From assembly GCF_006345805.1 (NCBI RefSeq), contig NC_042998.1:51398001-51462000 (forward strand): a DNA stretch of 64,000 bases, in the 5' to 3' direction. Origin of the DNA: Octopus sinensis (Eukaryota). Position 1 is the stretch's first letter, and each line of letters begins with the position of its first letter. This document shows, one piece after another, positions 1-10,885 of the stretch. The notes below the pieces were generated by a model. That model had not been told where the DNA came from. It worked only from the letters and a program-made list of their open reading frames with translations, and did not search any database. Made by a program: the position numbers and the translations under genes.

Positions 1-29
1 CTTTTACATTAATAAATATGATTTTTATT

Positions 30-1500
30 TCTAAAAACACACGAAATAACGGGTTTAATTTTTTTTTATAATTCTATTGTTTAAATATAATTATTTATTT
101 GTGGATATCTCGTATCCACAAATCGATCGTTTATACAGATTTCTAAATGCGATTAATCATGTGTTTAGAGAAAATCGGAGATATCGAGTAGGTGAGAAGA
201 CGCCTTCGCCAGTTGCATGCGTTTTTAAATCACTGTCTCGAAAAGTGATCGGAATTTCTTGTCTCCTCCTTTTTTTTCTTCCTTCTTTCACTTTCGTCTC
301 CTGTTTTAATTGATTCCTTTCTTCTTTCTTTCCTTCTTTCACCTTTTCGTTTTTTTATTCATTTTCCATCATATTTTCATTGATGACTTTATCTATACAT
401 GCTGCCAACTTTTAAAATTGCTTTGTAAATTGTCTTAGTGACTGTTCATTTCGATATGTTTGGTGTCTTCGATAACCCTTTTGTCTTTCCACTGTAATTC
501 TTCCTTTTTTTTTTTTTTTTTTCATTTCTTGCCAATAACGAATAATCAAACTTTTATACTTCTTTTTCGCTTTTAGATATAGATTTCCTTGTTCCCATTG
601 TCTGTGATTATTTGTATTTATTTATTTCCATTTTGTCTTGAATGATTTCCCCCCCCCCACCCATCCACCTTAGCTTTCTATAACAATAACAGCAACCTCC
701 CAAATCGATTCGATTAGACATGCAACACTATGCTGCCATCTTTAAATGCCAAGAATGCTTTTCATTTCTGTGTCGTTACTCCTGGGCAAAACACTGATGA
801 CACCGGCTCCCTCTGAAATCGATTCCGAACACCAGTTTCGTACCTCCCAAGTTTTACCATTGTATTCACTCTCCTCCTAATATATATTGCACACCTTTAC
901 TCCTTCCTCATCTCTCTTTCTTTCTCGCCGGTCGATGATGACTGTCAGGGTGGATGAGAGGTGGTTCATTTACTGACTGTGTGGTGATGGAGGTGGCGAC
1001 GGTGTGTAGTAAGAAGCTAGTTCTTTCATGTCATGTGATCACTCTTTTGGAATCCCGTATTCTTTAAATCATGTCTGTCGTTAATTGATTGTTTTGAGAA
1101 TTCCCCGCTCCAAACTAATTCCGTTTAATCGCTGCTGCTAAATGTAGGCGATACTTCTTCCATTTCAGTCTATTTATTCCAAACAAAAGTCTTATGTTCC
1201 CAAAATTTCGTACTTTTTCCTAACCTGTTTTACCTTGTTCAGTGAGTAAAGTAATATTGATTTCTAACACAGGCACAAGGCCATTCATTTTGGGAGGAGC
1301 AGTATAGTCGATTAAAGCGACCCTGTTATGAAATAAACTGTGTGGGTGACGCGCACTTTATTTTATTAATGACGAAGTCGATTTCCGCGCGATTTAAACT
1401 TAGGACGTCAAGAGCTGTAACTAAATAAACACCTCGGGATTACCTTGTGCGACACTCTAACAATTCAGGTAATCGACATAACTAGTGTTTACGAAAATAT
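30..1500. promoter_or_regulatory. CpG-rich promoter-like region
   Basis: Many CG dinucleotides (ATCGATCG, GACGCCTTCGCC, TTCCGCGCGA) versus visible CpG depletion in old sequence downstream. Donor-like AG|GTGAGA at 191/192 is followed by a very T-rich tract (240-620). Confidence 0.5.
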
Positions 1501-1900
1501 CCAAGAATAATAAAGATTTCTTTTAACTAGCTGTTAGGGCAAATTATTAAGAAGGTGGGACATAGTCGATGAACTAGGTGTTAATTGTTATTGTTTAGCC
1601 CAAACATAGTCGATAAGTTGAATTCTAATTGTTATTATTTAACCCAGTCAGTTTTGACTGAGCAGATCTATGCTAAAATACATTCCATCCATGACTGTCC
1701 TGTCTCATGCATAGTGTACCTGAACTACGTTATCCAATTTTTTTTTTCTGTCAAAAATGACAGGTGGCCTGGCTTTTATTGCTAACAGGTCAAGTTACCT
1801 TGCAAGAACAGCAGTAGAGAACTTGTTTCTGCTCCAGGAGTGAATTACAAGTACATACGAAACTGGGGCATGTGGTGATGGTGGTGGGGCACATCTGAGG

Positions 1901-2140
1901 GGAGAAAAATGACTTAACCTTTAATTTAACAAATTCATAGGTAAGCTGCTTATATCAACTCATTGTTTTTGTCTTAAGGCTTATACAAATTTCTTTTTCC
2001 TTTTAAATTTTGAAGGACTTCATCAATGAACAGTTTCACCTTTGAATGCATGCAAAGTTTTACCTGTGGACTTGGAATTTTCTCTCAGAAAATTTGAGAT
2101 AGAGAAGCTGTTGCTACTCCAGTTACCTTTTTTGGTGTTA
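1901..2140 (+). repeat. Local duplication, copy 1 (paralog of 3855-4040)
   Basis: Shares GAGAAAAAT...CCTTTAATTT, TTTTAAATTTTGAAGGA, TTTGAGATAGAGAAGCTGTTGCTACTCC and TTTGGTGTT with 3855-4040. Confidence 0.85.
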
Positions 2141-2680
2141 ATTTTAATGTAACTCAAATGTAAAATTCTAGAAATTATGATTAATATTCATCATCATCAT
2201 GCTAATGAATAACACCTTTCGGGTTTTCTGTTAAATGGGGTAGATTGCAATTGACTAACACAATACTTGTATGCCTATATATACTTTAAAAGGTAAAGAA
2301 GTAAATGGACCTCTGTTGATTTCAGCAATGTGTATTCAGTTAATCGATCAACTGAACAACCTATTCTTTGAATTAGCTTGTAAGTGGCTGAGTATTCTGC
2401 AGTCAAATATATCTTTGAAGTAATTCTTGGCTAGAATCATCATGACAGTATGTGATAAGGCTTGATATGTGAATTACAAGTACATTCCATATGACTGGTT
2501 TCTGCACAGTTTCTGGGTATTCTATTTCATTCACAAAGCTTGGATTAATCTCAGGTTATAACAGTAAATGACACTTGGCCAAGATGCCATCAAGCTGAGT
2601 CAAACCGGAGATCTTGTGATTGTGAAGAAGCCTTCTTAACTGTTTGACCATGCCACATTGGTGTTGTAAACACTCAACTA

Positions 2681-2975
2681 CATCGTCATCATTTATAGTG
2701 TCCATTTCCCATGCTAGCATGGGTTAGATGATTTGACCGGAGCAGGTAAGCCAGAGAGCTGTACCAGGCTCCACTCTGTTTTGGTTTGGTTTCTATGACT
2801 GGCTGCCCTTCCTAATGCCAACCACTCCACAGAGTGTACTGGGTGTCTTTTATGTGTCATCAGCATGGGTATTTTTAATGTGTCACTAGCGTGGATCCCT
2901 CTTAGATGTCACTGGCACAGGTATCTTTAATGTCTCACTGGCATGGGTGTTTTTTGTGTGTCACTGGCATGGGTA
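2681..2975 (-). mobile_element. RTE-tail SINE-like element (degenerate)
   Basis: (CAT)n tail, CCATGCTAGCATGG palindrome, TGCCCTTCCTAATGCCAACCAC core, followed by short tandem GTGTCACTGGCA units. Confidence 0.8.
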
Positions 2976-3530
2976 CCTATTACAAGTTTCCTAATTCAAG
3001 AAAGGTTCAGCTTTGGGTGGTAGATAGCTGAATCAGTGGGAGAGTTGAACAAAATACCTTGTGACATTTGGTCGCAACCCCCTGCAATCTAAATTCACAT
3101 CCCACTGAAATCAACAGCTTTCCAAGGTCAATAAAATAAGCACCAGTTAAGAACTGGCACTGATATAATTGGCTATATCTTTGATAGCCACAGTGCAGTG
3201 ACTGACGCAAACAAAATGATATTCTGTTACACTAGCATACTAGTGAGTTGTGCTAGCAAATCACTATCACTTTAGATAGTTTTTTTTTTCTTTTAATTTG
3301 TTAGCCACATAAGGAAATGAGGGATGTCCATGACTTTTGCAAGCCTTACCAAACTGGTGCGATTATTGTGGTTGATCTTCTGTCAGATCAACGTACACTG
3401 GTGTCCGGGTGTGAGCAGAGAGGAAACATCAGAGGATTGGGATTCCTGAATAGAAGGATTAGAGAACTTGTTTACTATCAGATCTAATGGATGAGATATA
3501 GTAGAGATGGTGTGACACGGAGAGAAGGAG

Positions 3531-3710
3531 ATCATCATCATTATCATTTGGCATTCGTTTTCCATGCTAGCATGGGTAAGACAGTTTGGCTTGGTTTCTA
3601 CAGCCGGATGCCCTTCCTAATGCCAACCACTCCACAGAATGTACTAGGTGTCTTTTACATGTCACCAACACAGTAGACTTTTACATGTCATTGGCACAGG
3701 TACCTTTTAT
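3531..3710 (-). mobile_element. RTE-tail SINE-like element (degenerate)
   Basis: (CAT)n tail, TTCCATGCTAGCATGGG, GGATGCCCTTCCTAATGCCAACCAC. Confidence 0.8.
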
Positions 3711-3854
3711 ATGTCACTCGCACTGGCCATGACTATGATTTCATTTAGCTTAATGTATCTTCTCAAGCACAGCAAATCAGCAAAAGTTTTGGTCATTTGT
3801 CCAGTTAGTTTAGAGAAGTTATTATAATAGTTTAGAAAAGGTAAATAGACGGTG

Positions 3855-4040
3855 GAGAGAAAAATACTAAACCTTTAATTTTACAAATTGGTCTAAAGGC
3901 TTAGACCAATTTTTTCTTTTTCCCTTTTAAATTTTGAAGGATTTCATCGATGAAAGGTTTCACCTCTGATTGCAAGCAAAACTTTACCTCATTGTTTGAG
4001 ATAGAGAAGCTGTTGCTACTCCTGTAATCATTTTGGTGTT
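3855..4040 (+). repeat. Local duplication, copy 2 (paralog of 1901-2140)
   Basis: Direct alignment to 1901-2140; lacks about 35 nt present in copy 1. Confidence 0.85.
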
Positions 4041-4062
4041 GATTTGAGGTTGTCATGCATTG
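3940..4062 (+). other. Candidate non-coding (5'UTR/lncRNA) exon
   Basis: Long pyrimidine tract plus AG at 3938-3939 and donor TTG|GTGAGT at 4063. 123 nt with stops in all three frames. No transcript evidence available. Confidence 0.25.
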
Positions 4063-6539
4063 GTGAGTAAATCTTGGCTAATCAGTCAGAAGCCCTTCCT
4101 TTAAATGTGGTCAAGTAGGGCTTTGCGTAAATAGCAACACTACTGTCCCAGATAAGTAAGCAGTATTCTTATTGGGTTGCATTGTAGAGGTCTCAGCTAT
4201 TGATTTGAGTTGTGGTGTTTTTAGGTCTTGAAATGAAAAGAAGCACCATATATTGAAGATATACCCCTCGCTAATGTTGTTGCACAGACTATTTTTAAAC
4301 AGCTCTAAAATTCATTTTTAGCTGTAGCAAGCTTTGTTAGATTCTCTTTTCTTTATTTCAATAACAATTTGTAGTGTCATCTTCTTTTAGTATGTTTTGG
4401 ATAAGACTTTTGCTAAGGTGTTATCTCCTCTCCAGTCAGATGTGATTCAAATGAAATGATTATTTCTAACAGATTGAGTGAGTGTATTGTTTAGAATCTC
4501 CCTCCTTGACTTATATTTGTGTGATATATTGTGTATTACTGTAATTATGTGATTTGAATACATTTTTTTTAATAGTTCAACACAATCCTTTGTGACCACA
4601 GTAGAATTAGCATAGCATCTTTCATCATAAGATCTTCTTAGTCAGGGATGAGCTGAGCTAAATAACAATATCAACTTTCTATAAACAGCAGTCATTACCA
4701 ACGACAGCAGCAGTCTGGAATCTGTTCTATTCAAGTGATTACTCCTCTTCTTTAAACAGGTTCAAGGAGCAAATTAGCTGTGGTTTTTCTTTTATTACAT
4801 ATTTCTTTTTTCATTATGTGTAATGAAAACTGTAATTATAAGTTAATTGAAATAATTATAAGTTAATTACACATTCTTCCTTTGTATTGCTTTTGGAGAA
4901 AACTTGCATTCTGAAATCTCTTAGCAAATTACTGATTTACTATCATCACTACTTATTAATAAATAAAATGGTGATTAGTTATTAATTCAGATGAGCTCTA
5001 AAGTTTTTTTTTTTTTTTTTTTTTTTTTAACTTTTGGCATTTGTAGAATAACAGTACAGTTACAGGAACTGACTTTTGGTATAACAAACAAAATAATTCC
5101 TGGCAAAATTCAAACTCAAAATCTAGAATGATGGAACTTAATTCTACAAATTAATTAGTCCAACACTCTACCTGTGTTCCACAGCTAGAACATGTTATAT
5201 CATAAGTCTACTAGATTAACACTAAAATGGTGCTAACCTACAACTATTGTACGTGCACATCTTTTCTATGTTTTTTTTTTTACATGCATTTTTCTATGCT
5301 GGCACGAGTTATATAAATATGTTGTTGAGGCATTGTTTCACAGCTGGACGCCCTTCTTAACACCAATCTTTTTTTGTTTTTCAAGTAAAGGTGTGAAGTG
5401 AGTGGGTGATTAAACTGCATGAACAATGTGACTTTCAAATGAGCATGTGCAGATGTAAACTAACATACATATATGATAAGCTTCTTTTTCAATTACCAAC
5501 TACCAAATTTGCTCACAAGGCTTTTGTTGACCGAGTACTATAGCAGAAGGTGTGTCATGCAGTGGAACTAGATCTGGAACCACAATCTTCTCAAGCACAC
5601 AGCTATGCCAGTGCCTACAGTTGGGTGAGGACACACACACCAAAACAATCTAAATATAAAGTATTTTTTACTTTAATTAAAATCCATACATATTCTAAGT
5701 ATAGACCCTTGATTAAAGACAATTAAAAAGATTCTTTTTTATTGGCTATAATTGTATATACAAGAGTACATGTTAATTATATCTGAGATTTTCTTTCTAT
5801 TATCTCACTAAGTTCTTCTCACAAAATGTCTACGGTGTCTTTGCTATACTCTCTGTCAGTGTCCAAGTGAATTCATTTACAAGGCAGTCAACCCAGTTTC
5901 CCACCTAGACTGGTGCAAACAAGCTGGAGGACAACTGAAGATGTGACTGGTGATGGTATTGACAGATGTAGAAGCAGAATCAGGCCTCCATGCCTATGAT
6001 CTTCAACAGTGAAACCAGAAGTGTATACTCTCTTACAGTCTTGACTGCAGCTGGCCATTGGGTGTGGTCAGTGGTTGTGAGGGATGTAGTGAACTCATTG
6101 GTCAGAGCTGGCTCAACCCACCCGAGTAAATGCCACCACAAGTACAAAATTGTACAAACAATGAAAAAGTTGAGTTGAATTTAATGATATTTTAACTTGT
6201 TTTCCACTCATCCTTCTCTAGAATAATGTACTCTATTATGTTCATTCTTCATACCTCTAGACCATTTGAAAGTTAAGTTATTAATGCATCATAGATTGAT
6301 GACCACAATAGTATTTAAAAAGCATAAAATTTGAAAGAATAAGAAAAACATATAATTATACTATATTACTTTGACTGGACAAGATTACTGATTCTAACAA
6401 TGAGCTACTGAGGAAACCTCTATGCAGTTGCTCAACCTGCAACAAATTGTAGTCAGATCCTCAAAATGGTTAAAAGTACATGCCAGAGATTATAATGATG
6501 ACATTGTTGCTGCTAAAATGTCATTTGAATACTCTAGAC

Positions 6540-6857
6540 CAGGGGTTCTCGACCATTTTTTTTTTTAATCTATGGACCCCTTTGATTACTATTTTTATTC
6601 TGGTAGACCCCCATAGCTATTTGATGTTTAAAAACTTCTTTCAAAATTCCTATTTTGATTTTCACACATAAACTTGTAGAGGTTGAACTATGTAAAATGT
6701 TGGAGAAAGAAACCTAGCTGCTTCTTGCAATGCATCCCAATGCATACATCTGAAGCAAAATTTTTTCAAGGGCCTTTAAGGATTAGATCCCCAATTTACT
6801 ATTTTGTTGTATGGACCCCACAAAAAAATTTATATGGACCCCGTTTGAGAACTGCTG
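6540..6857. mobile_element. hAT (Charlie-like) MITE
   Basis: Termini CAGGGGTTCTCGACC / GTTTGAGAACTGCTG. 8-bp TSD CTCTAGAC (6532-6539) vs CTCCAGAC (6858-6865). Second copy at 15259-15560. Confidence 0.8.
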
Positions 6858-7885
6858 CTCCAGACAGAAGATCTGTGTATATCATGCCCTGTCATTCAAC
6901 CAAATACCTGTGTCATATGACTGCTTGATCAAAGCTGACCTGGGGGTGCAATTGGTGCTTTATTTTTACCCACTTTCAAAAGATACAAGGCAAAGTTGAC
7001 CTTGGCACTGAACATTAGATAAAATATTAATAATTGTCCCTAATTTAAACAGAACTCAATAATTTTTAGTTGGAGGAGTTTTGTTTATTATATCAATACA
7101 GTACTGGACTGGTACTTTATTATTTTACTGACCCTTGATAGGACTAGAGGTTAGGTTGATTTTGGCAGTATTTGAACCCAGAATGTAATGAGCTGGCAAA
7201 AACACTATGCTTTAATGATTCCACAACCTTAACAATGATATTTGTAATGATAATTATTGTCTAACCCATGCCAGCATAGACGGTGATTGTTAAATGATGA
7301 TGATGATGATGATAATGACTTCTTACATTTGACACAATGTATTCATACAGATAATCAACCTCAGTGTTTGACTGTTGCATACTTTATCAACCCCAGAAGG
7401 ATGAATGTTTATGTTGACATCAGTTTGACTTGAACTCAGAATGTGTTGGAATGTAATTAAATACTGTAAAGCAAACAATTATAACACAAATAATGTGATT
7501 TTTCCCTCACCGTAAATTAATCATCATTTGGTTGAGCTTACTTGGACTTACTCATCTCTATATTTTGGAGTCAGTCAGTAAAATCTTTCTTTGGCTTATA
7601 TGTCTAGTGTCACCAGGTCTATAGACATTAGCAGCCATATATTTTGACAACTCGGTGATCCAGGCCTTTAACCTCACAGAGGCTCCTTTACTCGGCATCA
7701 TGTAAAAAATCATTGTTGGTTAGTGAATGACTCTTGCCAGAACTGTACATCCACCATGTTACATCTCATAGCTTCACTTGGAATCCTTGGAAGGCCAAGC
7801 GGCTATCAGGTGCTATACCTGACCAAAGGGCAGCTAGTATTTCGTCCCAGTCAGTTTATTACCCTACTCACCACTAACCTCCTAT

Positions 7886-7942
7886 ATATAGAAGCCATTT
7901 CTGTATTTACTATCTGTGGACCTGCTGGTTTGGAGTTTTCCA
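7886..7942 (-). mobile_element. Possible RTE RT remnant
   Basis: Translates MENSKPAGPQIVNTEM, resembling the MK.GKAAGP.GI..EM motif upstream of the LINE RT domain. Confidence 0.3.
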
Positions 7943-9018
7943 TTTGTACATACTTATTGAAAAAGAGATTGAGATGTTGCCGAGCAGTGGTACTAAATTG
8001 TTAATTTTTTTGTATCATTTTTACAGACAGTATTGTAAGTGACAGAAACAAATGTGTGTTAGTTAATGCTTTGCGCTATTTAGTTATGTACTTTTATTTT
8101 CTGTTCAACTTCAACCAGGGATCAACTTTGCCTCTCATTCATCTGGTAGCCATTAAAACAAAATACTTGTCAAATACCAGAACAGGTTGACTCTTCTCAT
8201 TTCTGATAATTTGTGCTATTGCCAATGCTAGGCGAAGAGCAATGGATAGCACATTCAGTAGAGAGTTAGACAGAATGCTTTGTAATATTTATTTATTTCT
8301 AAGGTAGTGTCCTAGCATTGCCTCAGTTCAATGACTAAAACCACTAACACTATATAATCAGACAATCACTTTTTTTTCCATCATGGCTTAGATAGAGGTG
8401 AAAGGACAGCACCTGTGACCTTTGCAGAGCCACTGAAGATGAAAGCAGAAAAGGAATCACAACCCCTAGGTTACTGCAGTATGAAGCAGCACCTCCATGC
8501 CAAACTCTTGACTTGAACCAAATTTTTTCAATAGAGTGGTACTTACTAAATACTTATATAAGCTAGATCATGATGCTTATAGAATGTCAGTTTTCTCTCT
8601 GATGACAAAAATATTTCATAACAATTTATGGTTAATAACTTTGAGTAGAAGGTAAGCAAGATTAAGAGACAAATACCCTATAAGGGAAGGAAGATGTATG
8701 GAAGCTAAGATATCCTACTTTATAATGTGTTGTTGCTTAGCTCCAGGTCAGTTTATCTAGTTTTACATTGCCTATTGTGTCCTTTTTATAACAGTGAGAT
8801 GTTATACTTCTAGCTAGCAGGTAAAGCAGCTAGTTGGTATCTATTTAGACAGGAAGGATGAAATAGAGAATACTTATATGGATGTTAGCTAAGTATTCTT
8901 GAGGTTCAGCCTATTGCAACCCAGATTGATAAGTTTTGTGGGTGGAGTAGGATACCGTTAGGTAGAGGTGAAAATGTGCAGTAAATTAAGTGACTGAAGC
9001 ACAGATAAATAGTTTGCT

Positions 9019-9222
9019 TTATTTACAATAAACAGATAGGTGTCCTCACTTTGTTTGTTGTTATCACAATGTTTCCACTGATGTACTCTCCAGCCTTCAT
9101 CAGGTGTTCTGGTGGAAAGTACATCAGCCAAAACGTTGTGATAACAACAAACAAGGTGAGAACACCTATCCATCCATTGTAAATAATGTGCATAATTCTT
9201 CATCCTCAAAATATAGAATAGT
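9019..9222. mobile_element. Penelope-like element pLTR inverted junction
   Basis: Inverted repeat 9035-9092 / 9113-9170 (weaker similarity to about 9019/9186) containing the CTGATGAAGG...GAAAC hammerhead signature typical of PLE pLTRs. Confidence 0.6.
9065..9108 (-). ncRNA. Degenerate type I hammerhead ribozyme
   Basis: - strand AACAC CTGATGA A GGCTG gagagtacat CAGTG GAAA CATT GTG. The sister arm (9125-9140) supplies CAGCC and CGTT, restoring stem II and the palindromic stem III. Confidence 0.65.
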
Positions 9223-9513
9223 ATTAAATAGATTGCTGCCCTGCCAGACTTATAATGATAATAATAATAATAATGATAATAAACTAGTAAGAACCGGCCT
9301 ATCTTTTTAAAAGTAAACTAGATAATGTAAAAAGTTTACAAGATAGCTAGTGTTTCATTTGAGTGAAATTTTACTGCTAATTTTAGCAGGTAGAATGACT
9401 GTGTGGCAGTGGTCTTGTGTTTTACCTTTTTTAAAACAGTGAAGTGTGATTTGAGGGAGATTTAGTTGCTTGTCCACACAAATGGTAAGCCTATATTTAT
9501 ATGTAAGCACATA

Positions 9514-9800
9514 TCTCTTATATAAAATCCTTTCTGTCTGTGTGTGTGTCTTCTAGGATCTTGGACATCCTCCATCCAATTGCACTCAAATTTGATACGT
9601 AGATACCGACAGTATCAAGGCATGTATTAGTCTTGAAAAAATTACAAAAATTGATTCCAGGTGAGATGCGATTGATAAAGCTGTGGGAATGTGCATTTGT
9701 ATGCGCAAGTACATCAGTCGAAATCCATCTTTTGCTGGTGTATCAAATTTAGGTTAAATCAGTGTTTCTCAAAGGGGAGGCCTATGGGATGGTTGGACAA
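9514..9800 (+). mobile_element. Possible non-autonomous Helitron-like 5' end
   Basis: A|TCTCTTATATAAAAT followed by TGTCTGTGTGTGTG and CCAATTGCACTCAAATTTG, an arrangement resembling invertebrate Helitron/DINE-like 5' ends. 3' end not located. Confidence 0.3.
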
Positions 9801-10389
9801 GTTGTTTTGAGAAAATTTGGTTTAAATGTTTGACAACTCAGCACCGTCTATTCGATGAGGGGCGTTTTGTCCGTACACATATATTGCTGGTGTATATATG
9901 TGAATCAGGATGTCATTTAGAAATATATCTTGAACTTGAATGTTACCTCTTTTAGCAGAGGTAATATCAAGGCAAACATAGGAAGATGTGGTAAGGCAAG
10001 ACCCAAAAATGTTTGTCCTCATGTCAAGGTGATAAAAATTCCTAATAAACAGTCATATGCTAAAGAGTAGAATCATCCAAGCTGTAATGCGGGCAATTGG
10101 TTATTAAAATGACGATGATATTTGGATTTTGTTCTTCTGGTGTCAGTGAAATAAATATTCTAAGATATTATAGGGATATGAGAGCCAAACGGATAAAGCA
10201 TTGAACCATGTACTTCAGATTTTGAGTTCAATTCTATTGAAATATTTTGTTATTTCTAGCTAGGCCGCACTATTCTATATTGCCTCAGTTTACCTGACTA
10301 TTGGCAGTAGGTATCAGATTATCTTGGAATAATACCTGTGATTGACTGATGCCAATCCTTAAAAACATTACAAGTTGTAAAAATATGAA

Positions 10390-10821
10390 CCCTTTTGATA
10401 CCAATCTACCTGAGACTACCACTGGTTCTATAATACAAACTTCCTGTTTTAACCTCTTAATACTCAGATTACTCTGTTAAATGGAATGCTTATTTATTCA
10501 CATTGTTTTTTAATTAATCATATTATCTTGTAGCTTCAAGATTTCGAGGCTATTTGTTTTTTGACTTACATTGTAGGATAGGTGTGAGAGGTTGGATCTG
10601 GCAAGTCTAAACATAAAATAGGTAGAATATCTGGGATGGATATGGCCAGTTCAAATGCTGAAGGATTAAAATGATCTAAATTAAAACCTTCCTTCATAAT
10701 TTCATGTTATGCTCTACATACCAGCTTATCAATGACAGCTATATTACTAATTTTTTTATTATTTTCAAAATGAATTAAAACAAGAGCAGTGTATTTCAAC
10801 AAAAATATAGTAACAAAAAGG
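10390..10821. mobile_element. piggyBac-like MITE (type 2) with a nested type 1 MITE at 10453-10665
   Basis: Outer parts align to the uninterrupted copy at 33144-33365. The inner element is flanked by TTAA. Confidence 0.7.
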
Positions 10822-10885
10822 TTAATTATATCAATTACATGATCTTCATTTTACAAAAATTGTTCTTTTATTAAATAATATAGTT

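Noticed and set aside
794-818. CTGATGA...GAAA hammerhead-like spacing
   Set aside because: No stem II or stem I complementarity.
8027-8034. 8-nt microexon candidate (also 4152-4155, 4473-4477 and - strand 54592-54597)
   Set aside because: The donor at 8035 overlaps a decayed SINE head, and such patterns occur on both strands, as expected by chance in AT-rich DNA.
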